Positions 15,382-24,614 of a stretch of 32,000 nt of DNA are shown here, piece after piece. The stretch comes from Candidatus Kuenenia stuttgartensis (GTDB lineage Bacteria > Planctomycetota > Brocadiia > Brocadiales > Brocadiaceae): contig NZ_LT934425.1 in assembly GCF_900232105.1 (NCBI RefSeq), forward strand, positions 3,600,001-3,632,000, in the 5' to 3' direction. Each line of letters begins with the position of its first letter. The first letter of the stretch is position 1. Under the pieces are notes generated by a model. It worked only from the letters and a program-made list of their open reading frames with translations. It made no database searches and was not told the origin of the DNA. Position numbers and translations under genes: made by a program.

Positions 15382-16281
15382 ATGTATGTTAAAAAAGATA
15401 ATCTGCTTCATGAGCCTGTTATGGTTGACGAGGTGTTGGAATACCTGTGTTTGCAGCCGGGGAGCATTATTCTGGATTGCACGGTAGGAGGTGGAGGGCA
15501 TGCAGGTAAAATAATGGACAGGATTAAACCTGATGGTTGTTTGATTGGTATTGATAAGGATTTTGATATGTTAAATATGACAAAAGAGTGTTTATCGGAC
15601 AGAGGATGCCCATTTAAATTGTATCATGCCGATTATGTTGATGCAGATGAAGTATTGCGGCAGGCTGGCATTGACGGAGTTCATGGTGTACTTCTCGACC
15701 TGGGTGCTTCTTCATTGCAGTTTGATAGCGCAGAGCGCGGATTTAGTTTTTCTAAAGAAGGCCCGCTTGATATGAGAATGGACCGGACGGCTTCTTTTAT
15801 GGCGCAGGATTTATTACGTAAGATATCTGAACGGGATTTGCAGGCATTGTTAAAAAAATATGGGGAAGAACGTTGGTCAAAAAGAATTGCAAGGCGGATA
15901 ATAAAAGAAAGAAGTGTATCCGGATTAAAGTCAACAACACAGTTAGCAAGGATAATAGAACGTGCTGTGCCATCTATGAGACACAGAATTCATCCTGCAA
16001 CAAGGGTCTTTCAGGCGTTGAGAATAGCAGTTAACAAAGAATTGGAAAGTTTGGAAAAATTTTTGAATAAGATTCATTTTTCTATGGTAAAAGGTGCGCG
16101 TATTGCCGTCATAAGCTTTCATTCACTGGAAGATAGAATTGTGAAAAACAGTTTTATAGAGATGGAAGATAAAAATATTTTTCACATAATAACCAAAAAA
16201 CCATTAAGGCCGGGTGCTTCTGAAATAGAAAGAAATGCGAGGAGCAGAAGCGCAAAACTCAGAGTTGCAGAAAGGATTTAA
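15382..16281 (+). CDS. rsmH: 16S rRNA (cytosine1402-N4)-methyltransferase RsmH (MraW)
   Basis: HEPVMVDEVLEYL, DCTVGGGGHA, LLDLGASSLQFD, ISFHSLEDRIVK and RSRSAKLR. Confidence 0.92.
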   Translation: MYVKKDNLLHEPVMVDEVLEYLCLQPGSIILDCTVGGGGHAGKIMDRIKPDGCLIGIDKDFDMLNMTKECLSDRGCPFKLYHADYVDADEVLRQAGIDGVHGVLLDLGASSLQFDSAERGFSFSKEGPLDMRMDRTASFMAQDLLRKISERDLQALLKKYGEERWSKRIARRIIKERSVSGLKSTTQLARIIERAVPSMRHRIHPATRVFQALRIAVNKELESLEKFLNKIHFSMVKGARIAVISFHSLEDRIVKNSFIEMEDKNIFHIITKKPLRPGASEIERNARSRSAKLRVAERI

Positions 16282-16282
16282 C

Positions 16283-16648
16283 ATGGAGATGTTCAGATGG
16301 TTGGTAATGTTTGCTATTATAATAACGATGGCGGTGTTGGTTGTATGGGAGAGAAATAAAACCATTGAAACAGGATATCAGATTGCACAACTGCAAAAAG
16401 ATTTTAATGAGATGTCTGAAAGAAACAAAAACCTCAATTATTATGTGCAGAAATTAAAATCACATGAGGTGATTGTAGATAAGGTAAAAACCTATCAACT
16501 GGCGCTTTTACCTAAAGAATATTTTCAGAACAGCGTGGTTGCCGGGAATATAAAGGAAAATGTGGGGCGGGATGCAAAAACAATTATGGCCGGTAATTTA
16601 TATACACAAAAAGAACAAGTATTGAAGGGTAGTGTGCTCCATAACTAG
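16283..16648 (+). CDS. ftsL: FtsL-like bitopic cell-division protein
   Basis: Position after rsmH. One N-terminal TM helix (WLVMFAIIITMAVLVVW) followed by a coiled-coil-like segment. ATG 16283 has an AAAGGA RBS; the track ORF start 16235 lies inside rsmH. Confidence 0.6.
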   Translation: MEMFRWLVMFAIIITMAVLVVWERNKTIETGYQIAQLQKDFNEMSERNKNLNYYVQKLKSHEVIVDKVKTYQLALLPKEYFQNSVVAGNIKENVGRDAKTIMAGNLYTQKEQVLKGSVLHN

Positions 16649-16800
16649 TATAACGTTTCATTAAAATATCTACATTGATACCGTCATTGCGAGCGACAGC
16701 GAAGCAATCTTAAGTTTTTTGTGAACAAGAGATTGCTTCGTCGCGCCACTCCTCGCAATGACATTTTTTCACGTGCACATTTTAACGAAACGATGTACTA
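16646..16800. repeat. About 155-bp nested imperfect palindrome (REP/MITE-like) immediately after ftsL
   Basis: Outer arms are tagtataacgtttcattaaaat (16646-16667) and attttaacgaaacgatgtacta (16779-16800). Inner arms are gtcattgcgag...cgaagcaatct (16683-16710) and agattgcttcg...ctcgcaatgac (16730-16762). Confidence 0.75.
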
Positions 16801-16921
16801 GAGATGGTTAAAGGTGAGAATTTTTCAGGAGATAGTAAAACGGTAAGATGTTATTAGTATTTGTCTGTTCAGCAGTTGGCAGTCTACAATCGGTAATCGG
16901 CAAAAGTGACCATTGCCGCCT

Positions 16922-16944
16922 GAGGATTGAGGATTGAGGATTGA
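16922..16944. repeat. Tandem heptamer (GAGGATT) x3.3
   Basis: The sequence gaggattgaggattgaggattga is read directly. Confidence 0.8.
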
Positions 16945-16971
16945 TATTTGAACTTATTTTATTGCCTTCCT

Positions 16972-17000
16972 CCCGAACGCTTTCGGGGAAAGTTTTTTTT
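16972..17000 (+). terminator. Candidate intrinsic terminator/attenuator between ftsL and ftsI
   Basis: CCCGAA-cgct-TTCGGG stem (16972-16987) followed by gaaag and T8 (16993-17000). The left arm can alternatively pair with cgaaagcgttcg at 17003-17014. Confidence 0.35.
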
Positions 17001-17058
17001 CTCGAAAGCGTTCGTAAATTTCTAAAGGTATTTTTTTCTATTCTAAGGAAAGCCGGTT

Positions 17059-18774
17059 ATGTATTTTAAAAACATGCACAGGTTTTGGACGAATACGATA
17101 GGCTTTATGCTTATTTTGGTTTTCATAGGGTTGGCAGTAAATTTATGCCGTATACAGGTACTTGAGCATGATAAATATTTGAAACTGGCCAAAGCACAAC
17201 AAAGCAAGAAGGTAGCCTTATCTGCAAGAAGGGGTTTGATATTGGATAGAAATGGCAGGAAGCTTGCGGAATCTTTACGTGTCGGCTCTGTTTATGCAAA
17301 CCCTTCTGCAATTAAAGACGTTTCTTTAGTCGCCAGCCACTTAAGCAAGGTCTTACACCTTAATCCCTCAAAAGTATCAGCAAAACTCGAAAAAGATAAA
17401 AAATTTGTCTGGATAAAGAGAAGGGTCAGCGATGAGGAATTGAAAGAGATTCGGAAGCTCTCCTTGCAAGGTGTGTATATTGAGCATGAGTATCAGCGTT
17501 TTTATCAAAATGGCCCGTTAGGAAGCCATGTTATCGGGTTCACGGATATCGATGAAAATGGTCTTGAAGGTATTGAATTGTCATGCAATCAAGCGTTGCA
17601 AGGTGAGCCTGGTTATAAAAGGATGTACCGCGATGCCCAGCAAAGCAATATTTTAACGGCAGACACAGAGATGCGGCGTCCAAGGCATGGAAACAATGTT
17701 ATGCTGACAATTGATGCGAATATTCAGCGTTTTGCCGAAGAGGAATTGGAGAATCTTGACAAAACATGGTCGCCTGCCTCTGCTACGGCGATTGTGATGG
17801 ATATAAGCACCGGAGAAATACTTGCCATGGCGAATCTGCCGGCATATGATTTAAATAATGTTGGTAAATATCCTGCGAGAGCAAGGAAAAATCTGGCAGT
17901 CACTGATTATTATGAACCGGGTTCAATAATAAAACCGATTGTGCTGGCCGGCATATTTGAAAATAAACTTGCCAGGCCGAATGATATGATTAACTGTGAA
18001 AATGGAAGATATGTAATGGGGAAAAGAATATTGCACGATTCGCACCGCTACGACACCCTTACTGTTGCAGAAATTGTTACCCATTCCAGTAATATTGGGA
18101 TGGCAAAGTTGGGTATGCGCATGGGAATCGAAAGGATGTATCGTCACCTTGAACAGTTTAATTTTGGGAATAAGTCTGGTATTGAGTTATCCGGAGAACA
18201 GGGGGGGATTTTTCGTCCCATGAAAAGCTGGTCGAAACAATTTTCTTTAGTATCGGTTTCGATTGGCCATGAAATTGCTGCAACACCGCTTCAGTTTGTC
18301 ACTATATTTAGCAGTATTGCAAATGGCGGCCTGCTGTTAAAACCAGTAATAATAAAGTCGATTACCGGCAATGACGGCAAGGTTAAAGAAGAATATCCTG
18401 TACCTCAGGTTGTCAGGCGTGTAATGAGTGAAGAAGTTGCCCGTGATTTATTAAATCCTATATTAGTTGATGTCGTGAGAAATGGCACAGGAAAGAGGGC
18501 TTTTTTAGCGGAATATGAGGTTGCCGGAAAAACAGGAACGTCCCAAAAGGTTAACAAGAGCGACGGACGTTATTCGCGCAATAAATATATCGCTTCCTTT
18601 GTCGCATATGCTCCGGCGGATAATCCCCGTATTTGTGTATTAATAATGGCTGACGAACCAAAAGGTGCTTATTATGGCGGCACTGTTGCGGCTCCGTCAG
18701 TGCGGGAAATTATCAAAAAAACGCTGCAGTATCTTGAGGTAGAGCCATTAAAATTAAAAATGGCTATGCACTGA
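17059..18774 (+). CDS. ftsI: Penicillin-binding protein 3 / FtsI-type transpeptidase
   Basis: 571 aa. N-terminal TM helix and PBP dimerisation region. Transpeptidase motifs are SIIK (SxxK), SSN and KTGT. Confidence 0.9.
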   Translation: MYFKNMHRFWTNTIGFMLILVFIGLAVNLCRIQVLEHDKYLKLAKAQQSKKVALSARRGLILDRNGRKLAESLRVGSVYANPSAIKDVSLVASHLSKVLHLNPSKVSAKLEKDKKFVWIKRRVSDEELKEIRKLSLQGVYIEHEYQRFYQNGPLGSHVIGFTDIDENGLEGIELSCNQALQGEPGYKRMYRDAQQSNILTADTEMRRPRHGNNVMLTIDANIQRFAEEELENLDKTWSPASATAIVMDISTGEILAMANLPAYDLNNVGKYPARARKNLAVTDYYEPGSIIKPIVLAGIFENKLARPNDMINCENGRYVMGKRILHDSHRYDTLTVAEIVTHSSNIGMAKLGMRMGIERMYRHLEQFNFGNKSGIELSGEQGGIFRPMKSWSKQFSLVSVSIGHEIAATPLQFVTIFSSIANGGLLLKPVIIKSITGNDGKVKEEYPVPQVVRRVMSEEVARDLLNPILVDVVRNGTGKRAFLAEYEVAGKTGTSQKVNKSDGRYSRNKYIASFVAYAPADNPRICVLIMADEPKGAYYGGTVAAPSVREIIKKTLQYLEVEPLKLKMAMH

Positions 18775-18847
18775 CTATTGGCACTACGAAAAAAGGAAGG
18801 AGGTGGTAGTTATATGATGTTATATCTAAAATAATGGTAAATATATT

Positions 18848-18856
18848 TGTTATAAT
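18848..18856 (+). promoter_or_regulatory. Extended -10 promoter element (TGtTATAAT) inside the dcw cluster
   Basis: The sequence tttgTTATAATtat contains TG at 18848-18849 and a perfect TATAAT at 18851-18856, 33 nt upstream of the orf87 ATG. No convincing -35. Confidence 0.4.
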
Positions 18857-18888
18857 TATAGCGCTTAGGAGAGAGGGGAGGAGGAGCA

Positions 18889-19152
18889 ATGATGGGACCG
18901 AAGGATTTAAACAAGAAAAATTTTATTTTATGGTATAGTTTGTATGCTTCTCAAAAAGAATTAGAAATTGCGAGGTCGAGTAATAGAGAAGCGCTGCATA
19001 GGCTTTTAAAGGAATATGCAGAGGAGGTTGACAGGGTAGACAGTACCAAGCGTTTATACGAACGGATTGTTCAGCCGCAGAGTCTGAGTACACAAGGTTT
19101 CGATGGCGTACTGAGAATTGATTGTTTTTCAGGTAATGAAAAAAACATTTAG
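18889..19152 (+). CDS. Hypothetical 87-aa soluble protein inserted between ftsI and murE
   Basis: Strong RBS GGGGAGGAGGAG, with GGAGG ending 7 nt before ATG 18889. No TM segment and no motif I recognise. Same strand as the dcw genes and tightly spaced (26 nt) before murE. Confidence 0.55.
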   Translation: MMGPKDLNKKNFILWYSLYASQKELEIARSSNREALHRLLKEYAEEVDRVDSTKRLYERIVQPQSLSTQGFDGVLRIDCFSGNEKNI

Positions 19153-19178
19153 TTTGATGGGTTTTTGAAGGTCGCAAA

Positions 19179-20648
19179 ATGAAATTAAGTGAGATTTGTG
19201 CTGTTTTAGAAAAATATAAGTGCAATTCCTTTACGGAGAAAGTCGTTTTAGGGCTAACACACGATTCCCGTAAAGTTAAAGAGGGGTATATTTTTGTTGC
19301 TATAAAGGGCTATAAATCTGATGGTCACGATTTTATTTCAATGGCAATAGAGAAAGGAGCTATTGCCGTAGTTGCGGAGAAAGGTGTTGACTATGTTATA
19401 AATGTTCCGCAAATTGTTGTGCCGAATGCCCGACGGGCGCTTTCTCTTCTGAGTGAATATTTTTATGGCTATCCTTCTTCAAAAATGACAATAGTAGGTA
19501 TTACCGGAACGAATGGCAAGACAACTACTTCGTTTTTTACGAAGTCTATCATAGAATCTTCCGGCAATAAGGCAGGGTTAATAGGAACGATATATTACCA
19601 ATTAGGGAGCAGGATTATCCCTGCGAATGAAACTACCCCTGAATCCGTTGATATACAATCACATCTTTCAGATATGCTTAACAACAATATACGATATGCG
19701 GTAATTGAGGCAAGTTCTCACGCACTTTCGCAGCACAGGCTGGACGGAGTGCATTTCCGTTCTGCTGTTTTTACCAATTTGTCTGCGGAACATCTCGATT
19801 ATCATGAAAATATTAAAAATTACAGAGAAGAAAAAATTAAATTGATGAGGGGATTAGATGAAAATGCGTCTGCGGTTTTAAATGCCGACCATACTTCAAG
19901 CAAATATTTTGCAAAGAGTACTGTCGCACAAATAGTGTGGTATGGGATAAAAGATACGTCTGCACACGTGAGAGCAGAGATAATAAATATGGGGGTTAAC
20001 GGAACAAGGTTTTTATTGATTTCTCCCTGGGGAAAGGAAGTTATTCACTTAAAATTAACAGGCAATCATAATGTTTATAATGCACTGGCAGCCGCAACGA
20101 CGGGGTTTTGTCTCGGTTTTGATATGGAAATAATAAGAAAAGGCCTTGAATCTTTAAATAACGTTCCTGGCAGGCTGGAAAAACTGGACTACGGTCAGGA
20201 TTTTCATGTCCTTATTGATTATGCACATACGCACGATGCGTTACAGGTAGTTTTAGAGACTCTTAGAGGCATTGCAGCCAGGAGGATTATTTTAGTATTT
20301 GGCTGTGGCGGAGACAGGGATAAAGGGAAAAGGGCAAAGATGGGGCATATCGCAGAAAAATATTCAGATTTATTTTGGATAACAAATGATAATCCCCGTT
20401 CTGAAGACCCGCTTAATATAATACGTGAAATACAGAGGGGAATAAAACGGGATTCATGCTATAAAGTTCAACTGGATAGAAAAGTTGCAATAGAAGAAGC
20501 ACTCCTTGAGGCGAAAAAGGGCGATGTCGTCGTTATTGCAGGAAAGGGTCACGAACGTTGCCAGATATTGAAAGACAAGAGTATTCCTTTTGATGACTGT
20601 GAAGTGGTAAAGCAGGTATTATCCGGCACTATGGTATCTCAAAATTAG
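19179..20648 (+). CDS. murE: UDP-N-acetylmuramoyl-L-alanyl-D-glutamate--2,6-diaminopimelate ligase
   Basis: GITGTNGKTTT P-loop, and a DNPRSEDP (DNPR) motif associated with meso-DAP specificity. Canonical position in the cluster. Confidence 0.9.
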   Translation: MKLSEICAVLEKYKCNSFTEKVVLGLTHDSRKVKEGYIFVAIKGYKSDGHDFISMAIEKGAIAVVAEKGVDYVINVPQIVVPNARRALSLLSEYFYGYPSSKMTIVGITGTNGKTTTSFFTKSIIESSGNKAGLIGTIYYQLGSRIIPANETTPESVDIQSHLSDMLNNNIRYAVIEASSHALSQHRLDGVHFRSAVFTNLSAEHLDYHENIKNYREEKIKLMRGLDENASAVLNADHTSSKYFAKSTVAQIVWYGIKDTSAHVRAEIINMGVNGTRFLLISPWGKEVIHLKLTGNHNVYNALAAATTGFCLGFDMEIIRKGLESLNNVPGRLEKLDYGQDFHVLIDYAHTHDALQVVLETLRGIAARRIILVFGCGGDRDKGKRAKMGHIAEKYSDLFWITNDNPRSEDPLNIIREIQRGIKRDSCYKVQLDRKVAIEEALLEAKKGDVVVIAGKGHERCQILKDKSIPFDDCEVVKQVLSGTMVSQN

Positions 20649-20655
20649 ACGATGA

Positions 20656-22110
20656 ATGAAAATGGACGCAATTTCTCTTGAAGAAGTGATACAAGCCGTT
20701 AACGGGAAAGCGATATCGAATGTCAGTGGTTTAATGGTGAATGGCGTTTCTGTTGACAGTAGAAACGTCCATAAGGGCAATGTGTTTTTTGCTATAAAAG
20801 GCGACCACTACGACGGGCGTCAGTTTATTGAGCAAGCCTTTGATGCGGGTGCAATTGGTGTGGTGGTATCAAAACAAGGTGGAATTGATATTAGCGGCAA
20901 GTGCCTTCCTCTGATTTTGGTAGATGATGTTAAAACCGCATTGGGCGATTTAGCAAGACATTACCGCCGGAAATTAAATGCAAAGATCATAGGTATCACA
21001 GGAAGTAATGGCAAAACCACCACCAAAGAGATGTTATATCACCTGCTTTCTCATTTTGCCCCGGTAGTAAAACCACAAAAGAGTTTTAATAATTTTATCG
21101 GTGTTCCTCTGACTATATTTGAAATTGAGTCAAAACATAAATACGGAATACTCGAAATGGGTACAAATGCTCCGGGAGAGATATTGCGTCTTTCGGAGAT
21201 TGGTTTACCCGATATAGCGGTAATCCTGAATATTTCCAAAACACACCTGGAAGGATTAGGGAGTATTGAAGGCGTCGCATTGGAAAAGGGGGATATAGTA
21301 AAAAATCTGAAAGAAAACGGAGTTTTTGTATATAACGCCGATAACCCGTTGTGCTGTGAAATTGCGGATAAATTCGGGGGCAATAAGATAAGTTTCGGCT
21401 TAGGTCAGAATGCGCAAATAAGGGGTACTGATGCAAAGAAAAAAGGCAACGGTTCTGTGTTTACAATTGATATTGATTACAATACCTTTCGCCTCTGTGG
21501 GGTCAAGGGGGGAGGACGCAGGCAATTTGAAATACAACTTCAGGTTCCAGGTCATCATAATATTAGCAATTGTCTGGCTTCGTTTGCGGTCTGCCATGCG
21601 CTTGGCCTCGATATAAGTGGACTTTATAATGCCTTTCTCTCATTTAAAATGCCCGATATGAGAATCGATTCTCAGCAGATAGGCAATGTTACCTTTATTA
21701 ATGATGCTTACAATGCAAACCCGGAATCCGTTTTTGCCGCCTTGAAATATTTTGAAGAAATTGATGCTGCAGGGAGGAAGATATTCATTTGCGGAGATAT
21801 GTTGGAACTTGGGAAAGAATCACATGCCCTGCATAAAGAATTGGGGGAAAAGGCGTCAACGCTTAATCTGGATTTATTATGGACGGTAGGCAAATATGCA
21901 TCTGATATTGCAGGCGCGGCAAAAGATGGCGGCATGGACGTGGAAAAGGTGTTAAGTTTTCGGAGTCTGGATGACATCACGGAATATGACATGGGTGAAT
22001 TCAGGGAAAATGATGTAATACTTATTAAAGGTTCCAGGGGTATGCACATGGAAACTATCATTGATAAATATCGGGAATATTTCTCTCCGCGTGTACTTAC
22101 TCATAACTGA
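20656..22110 (+). CDS. murF: UDP-N-acetylmuramoyl-tripeptide--D-alanyl-D-alanine ligase
   Basis: GITGSNGKTTTKEM, NDAYNANP and GDMLELG motifs. Position after murE. Confidence 0.9.
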   Translation: MKMDAISLEEVIQAVNGKAISNVSGLMVNGVSVDSRNVHKGNVFFAIKGDHYDGRQFIEQAFDAGAIGVVVSKQGGIDISGKCLPLILVDDVKTALGDLARHYRRKLNAKIIGITGSNGKTTTKEMLYHLLSHFAPVVKPQKSFNNFIGVPLTIFEIESKHKYGILEMGTNAPGEILRLSEIGLPDIAVILNISKTHLEGLGSIEGVALEKGDIVKNLKENGVFVYNADNPLCCEIADKFGGNKISFGLGQNAQIRGTDAKKKGNGSVFTIDIDYNTFRLCGVKGGGRRQFEIQLQVPGHHNISNCLASFAVCHALGLDISGLYNAFLSFKMPDMRIDSQQIGNVTFINDAYNANPESVFAALKYFEEIDAAGRKIFICGDMLELGKESHALHKELGEKASTLNLDLLWTVGKYASDIAGAAKDGGMDVEKVLSFRSLDDITEYDMGEFRENDVILIKGSRGMHMETIIDKYREYFSPRVLTHN

Positions 22111-22131
22111 TTTTATTTAAGAGGGCATGGA

Positions 22132-23208
22132 TTGTTATACGGTTTATTGTATTCAATGTTTTCGTTTGAAATATTCAGGTTCATCTCCTTTCGTTCCTGC
22201 CTGGCGGCATTTACGGCATTTTTAATAAGCATTATTTTCGGCCACTGGTTTATCAGGAAATTTCGCGCCTTGAATTATGGAGAAGACACTACGAAGACGG
22301 ATTCTGAAGAATTGAAAAAATTGCACTTTTCAAAAAAAAATACACCAACAATGGGCGGTATTGTTGTTTTGGTTTCAATATTAGTTGCTACGCTATTTTG
22401 GTGTAATATTTACAATATTTACGTTTTGTTATTGATGTTTACATTGATCTGGTTTGGCGTAATCGGTTTTATTGATGATTACATCAAGCTTACACAAAAG
22501 AACTCGTCCGGCCTGACAGATATATCAAAATTATTATTCCAGTCTGCCTTGGGGCTTATCCTTGGGTTGATATTATATTTTTATTCCAGCAAGTTTACAT
22601 GGGGCACTCAGTTGATGATTCCGTTAATTAAGGATTTGAGGCCGGAACTGGGACCTTTTTATGTAATAATAATCACTTTTTTTATTGTAGGTATGTCAAA
22701 TGCCGTGAATATAACGGATGGCCTGGATGGATTGGCAATAGGATGCAGTATAATTGCAGGCATCTCCCTTGCCATTATTGCGTATATTTCCGGCAGGGTT
22801 GATTTTAGTGAATATTTAAGAGTTCCTTACATTCCCGGCGCCGGTGAATTGAGTATTTTCTGCGCCGCACTGGTAGGGGGCGGTATGGGGTTTTTATGGT
22901 ACAACAGTTATCCCGCACAAATTTTTATGGGAGATACAGGTTCTCTGGCGCTAGGTGGGATGCTTGCCTTGGTAAGTATTATCGTAAAACAGGAAATATT
23001 GATGATTGTTATAGGGGGTGTTTTTGTTGCGGAGGCAGTATCGGTACTTATGCAGAGATATTTTTTTAAAATTACGAAGAAAAGAATCTTCCTGTGCGCC
23101 CCTTTGCATCATCACTTTCAATTTGCGAAATGGCCTGAATCGAAAATTACCCTTAGGTTTTGGATAATTGCAGCGTTGCTGTCAGTATGTAGTTTTATGC
23201 TTTTGTGA
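22132..23208 (+). CDS. mraY: Phospho-N-acetylmuramoyl-pentapeptide transferase
   Basis: Polytopic membrane protein with NAVNITDGLDGLA, MGDTGSLALGG and PLHHHF motifs. TTG start. Confidence 0.92.
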   Translation: MLYGLLYSMFSFEIFRFISFRSCLAAFTAFLISIIFGHWFIRKFRALNYGEDTTKTDSEELKKLHFSKKNTPTMGGIVVLVSILVATLFWCNIYNIYVLLLMFTLIWFGVIGFIDDYIKLTQKNSSGLTDISKLLFQSALGLILGLILYFYSSKFTWGTQLMIPLIKDLRPELGPFYVIIITFFIVGMSNAVNITDGLDGLAIGCSIIAGISLAIIAYISGRVDFSEYLRVPYIPGAGELSIFCAALVGGGMGFLWYNSYPAQIFMGDTGSLALGGMLALVSIIVKQEILMIVIGGVFVAEAVSVLMQRYFFKITKKRIFLCAPLHHHFQFAKWPESKITLRFWIIAALLSVCSFMLL

Positions 23209-23232
23209 TTCAATTTAATCGGGAGAGATATT

Positions 23233-24432
23233 TTGAAATCATGGCACTGTCTCGTATATATTGTCGTTGCGCTACTGGGTTTTAGTATTGTCACTGTTTA
23301 TAGTACTGACACTACAATGTTTGCGGCAGATAGCAATGGTTATCAATTTGCCAAACATCTTTTATGGATAGTATTAAGTTTGGTGGTGTTAATTGCTATG
23401 TCATATGTCGATTACCGGCATTTACAGAAATTAACGTATCCGATTATTGCGGTATCAGTGATTAGCCTTATACTTGTGCTGTTGCCAGGTGTTGGAACGG
23501 TAGCCAACGGCGCGAGAAGATGGATCAGATTGGGAGGTATTGCGGGTATTCAGCCGTCTGAATTTGCAAAATTGGCGACGATTATATTTATATCGAATTA
23601 TATAGCCAAAAATCATAATCACATGCATAGCTTTAAAAGTGGGTTTTTAATACCTCTGGGGTTCATAGCGATGATGGGCGGGCTAATACTCATGGAACCC
23701 GACTTTGGTACAGCGGCGTTTATCGTTATACTGTCAATATTGATGTGCATGGTGGGGGGGACGCGGATTATTTTTATCTTTTTTACTTTACTTGCGTCGG
23801 CGCCGTTTATCTACGAATTGATTTTTAGTGTTACGTATAGAAAAATACGATTTACCTCATTTCTCGATCCATGGCAGGACCCGCAGGGAACGGGCTATCA
23901 TGTAATACAATCGTGGATTGCCCTTGGTTCCGGGGGGCTGACAGGCCTGGGACTCGGCAATAGCAAACAAAAACTGTTTTTCTTACCGGAAAGCAGCAGT
24001 GACTTTATATTTACCGTTATCGGGGAAGAATTTGGTTTTATTGGGGGAATGACAATTATTGTTCTTTTTTCATTACTGCTATGGCAGGGGTTGAGAATTG
24101 TCAGCAGGACTAAGGATGTGTTTGGTTTCTTTTTAGGACTTGGCATTACCATGATGTTTGGTTTGCAGTCAATTATGAATATTGCAGTTGTTTCCGGTAT
24201 TATACCGACAAAAGGTATTCCCTTGCCGTTTCTAAGTACAGGGGGTTCTTCTTTGTTATTTTCAATGCTTGGCATAGGGATTTTGGTTAATATTGCGAAA
24301 CAATCTTTAAGGTGTGATGCAGACAAACTATTGAACGGTGAAGCGAAAGAAAAACTATCCGTTAATGAAAGGTTTTTCCCCGTGAGAATTACCGGTAAAA
24401 TAATTTCTAAGATATCCGCATTTTCATGGTAG
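23233..24432 (+). CDS. ftsW: SEDS-family peptidoglycan glycosyltransferase FtsW
   Basis: FtsW/RodA/SpoVE blocks: RWIRLGGIAGIQPSEFAKL, PDFGTA, LPESSSDFIF and PLPFLSTGGSS. dcw context. Confidence 0.88.
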   Translation: MKSWHCLVYIVVALLGFSIVTVYSTDTTMFAADSNGYQFAKHLLWIVLSLVVLIAMSYVDYRHLQKLTYPIIAVSVISLILVLLPGVGTVANGARRWIRLGGIAGIQPSEFAKLATIIFISNYIAKNHNHMHSFKSGFLIPLGFIAMMGGLILMEPDFGTAAFIVILSILMCMVGGTRIIFIFFTLLASAPFIYELIFSVTYRKIRFTSFLDPWQDPQGTGYHVIQSWIALGSGGLTGLGLGNSKQKLFFLPESSSDFIFTVIGEEFGFIGGMTIIVLFSLLLWQGLRIVSRTKDVFGFFLGLGITMMFGLQSIMNIAVVSGIIPTKGIPLPFLSTGGSSLLFSMLGIGILVNIAKQSLRCDADKLLNGEAKEKLSVNERFFPVRITGKIISKISAFSW

Positions 24433-24614
24433 TTGTTAAAAAAGGGGAACCACAGATTACACAGATTAAAAAATTCGTCACAAGCTTACAATTACCAATG
24501 ACGAAAACAGAAATAAAAGATATTCTTTCGCTCTCGTTTCAAGGTTCCGGCTTGGGACGAGCGTTTTTAAATGTTTAATTATTGATGGCAATTATTGAAA
24601 ATAGAGGTTGAGAA

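Noticed and set aside
21051-24326. Several 65-142-aa minus-strand ORFs inside murF and ftsW (for example 21708-22061 and 23898-24326)
   Set aside because: They are fully embedded antisense to well-supported conserved genes. Their composition is typical of reverse-frame artefacts.
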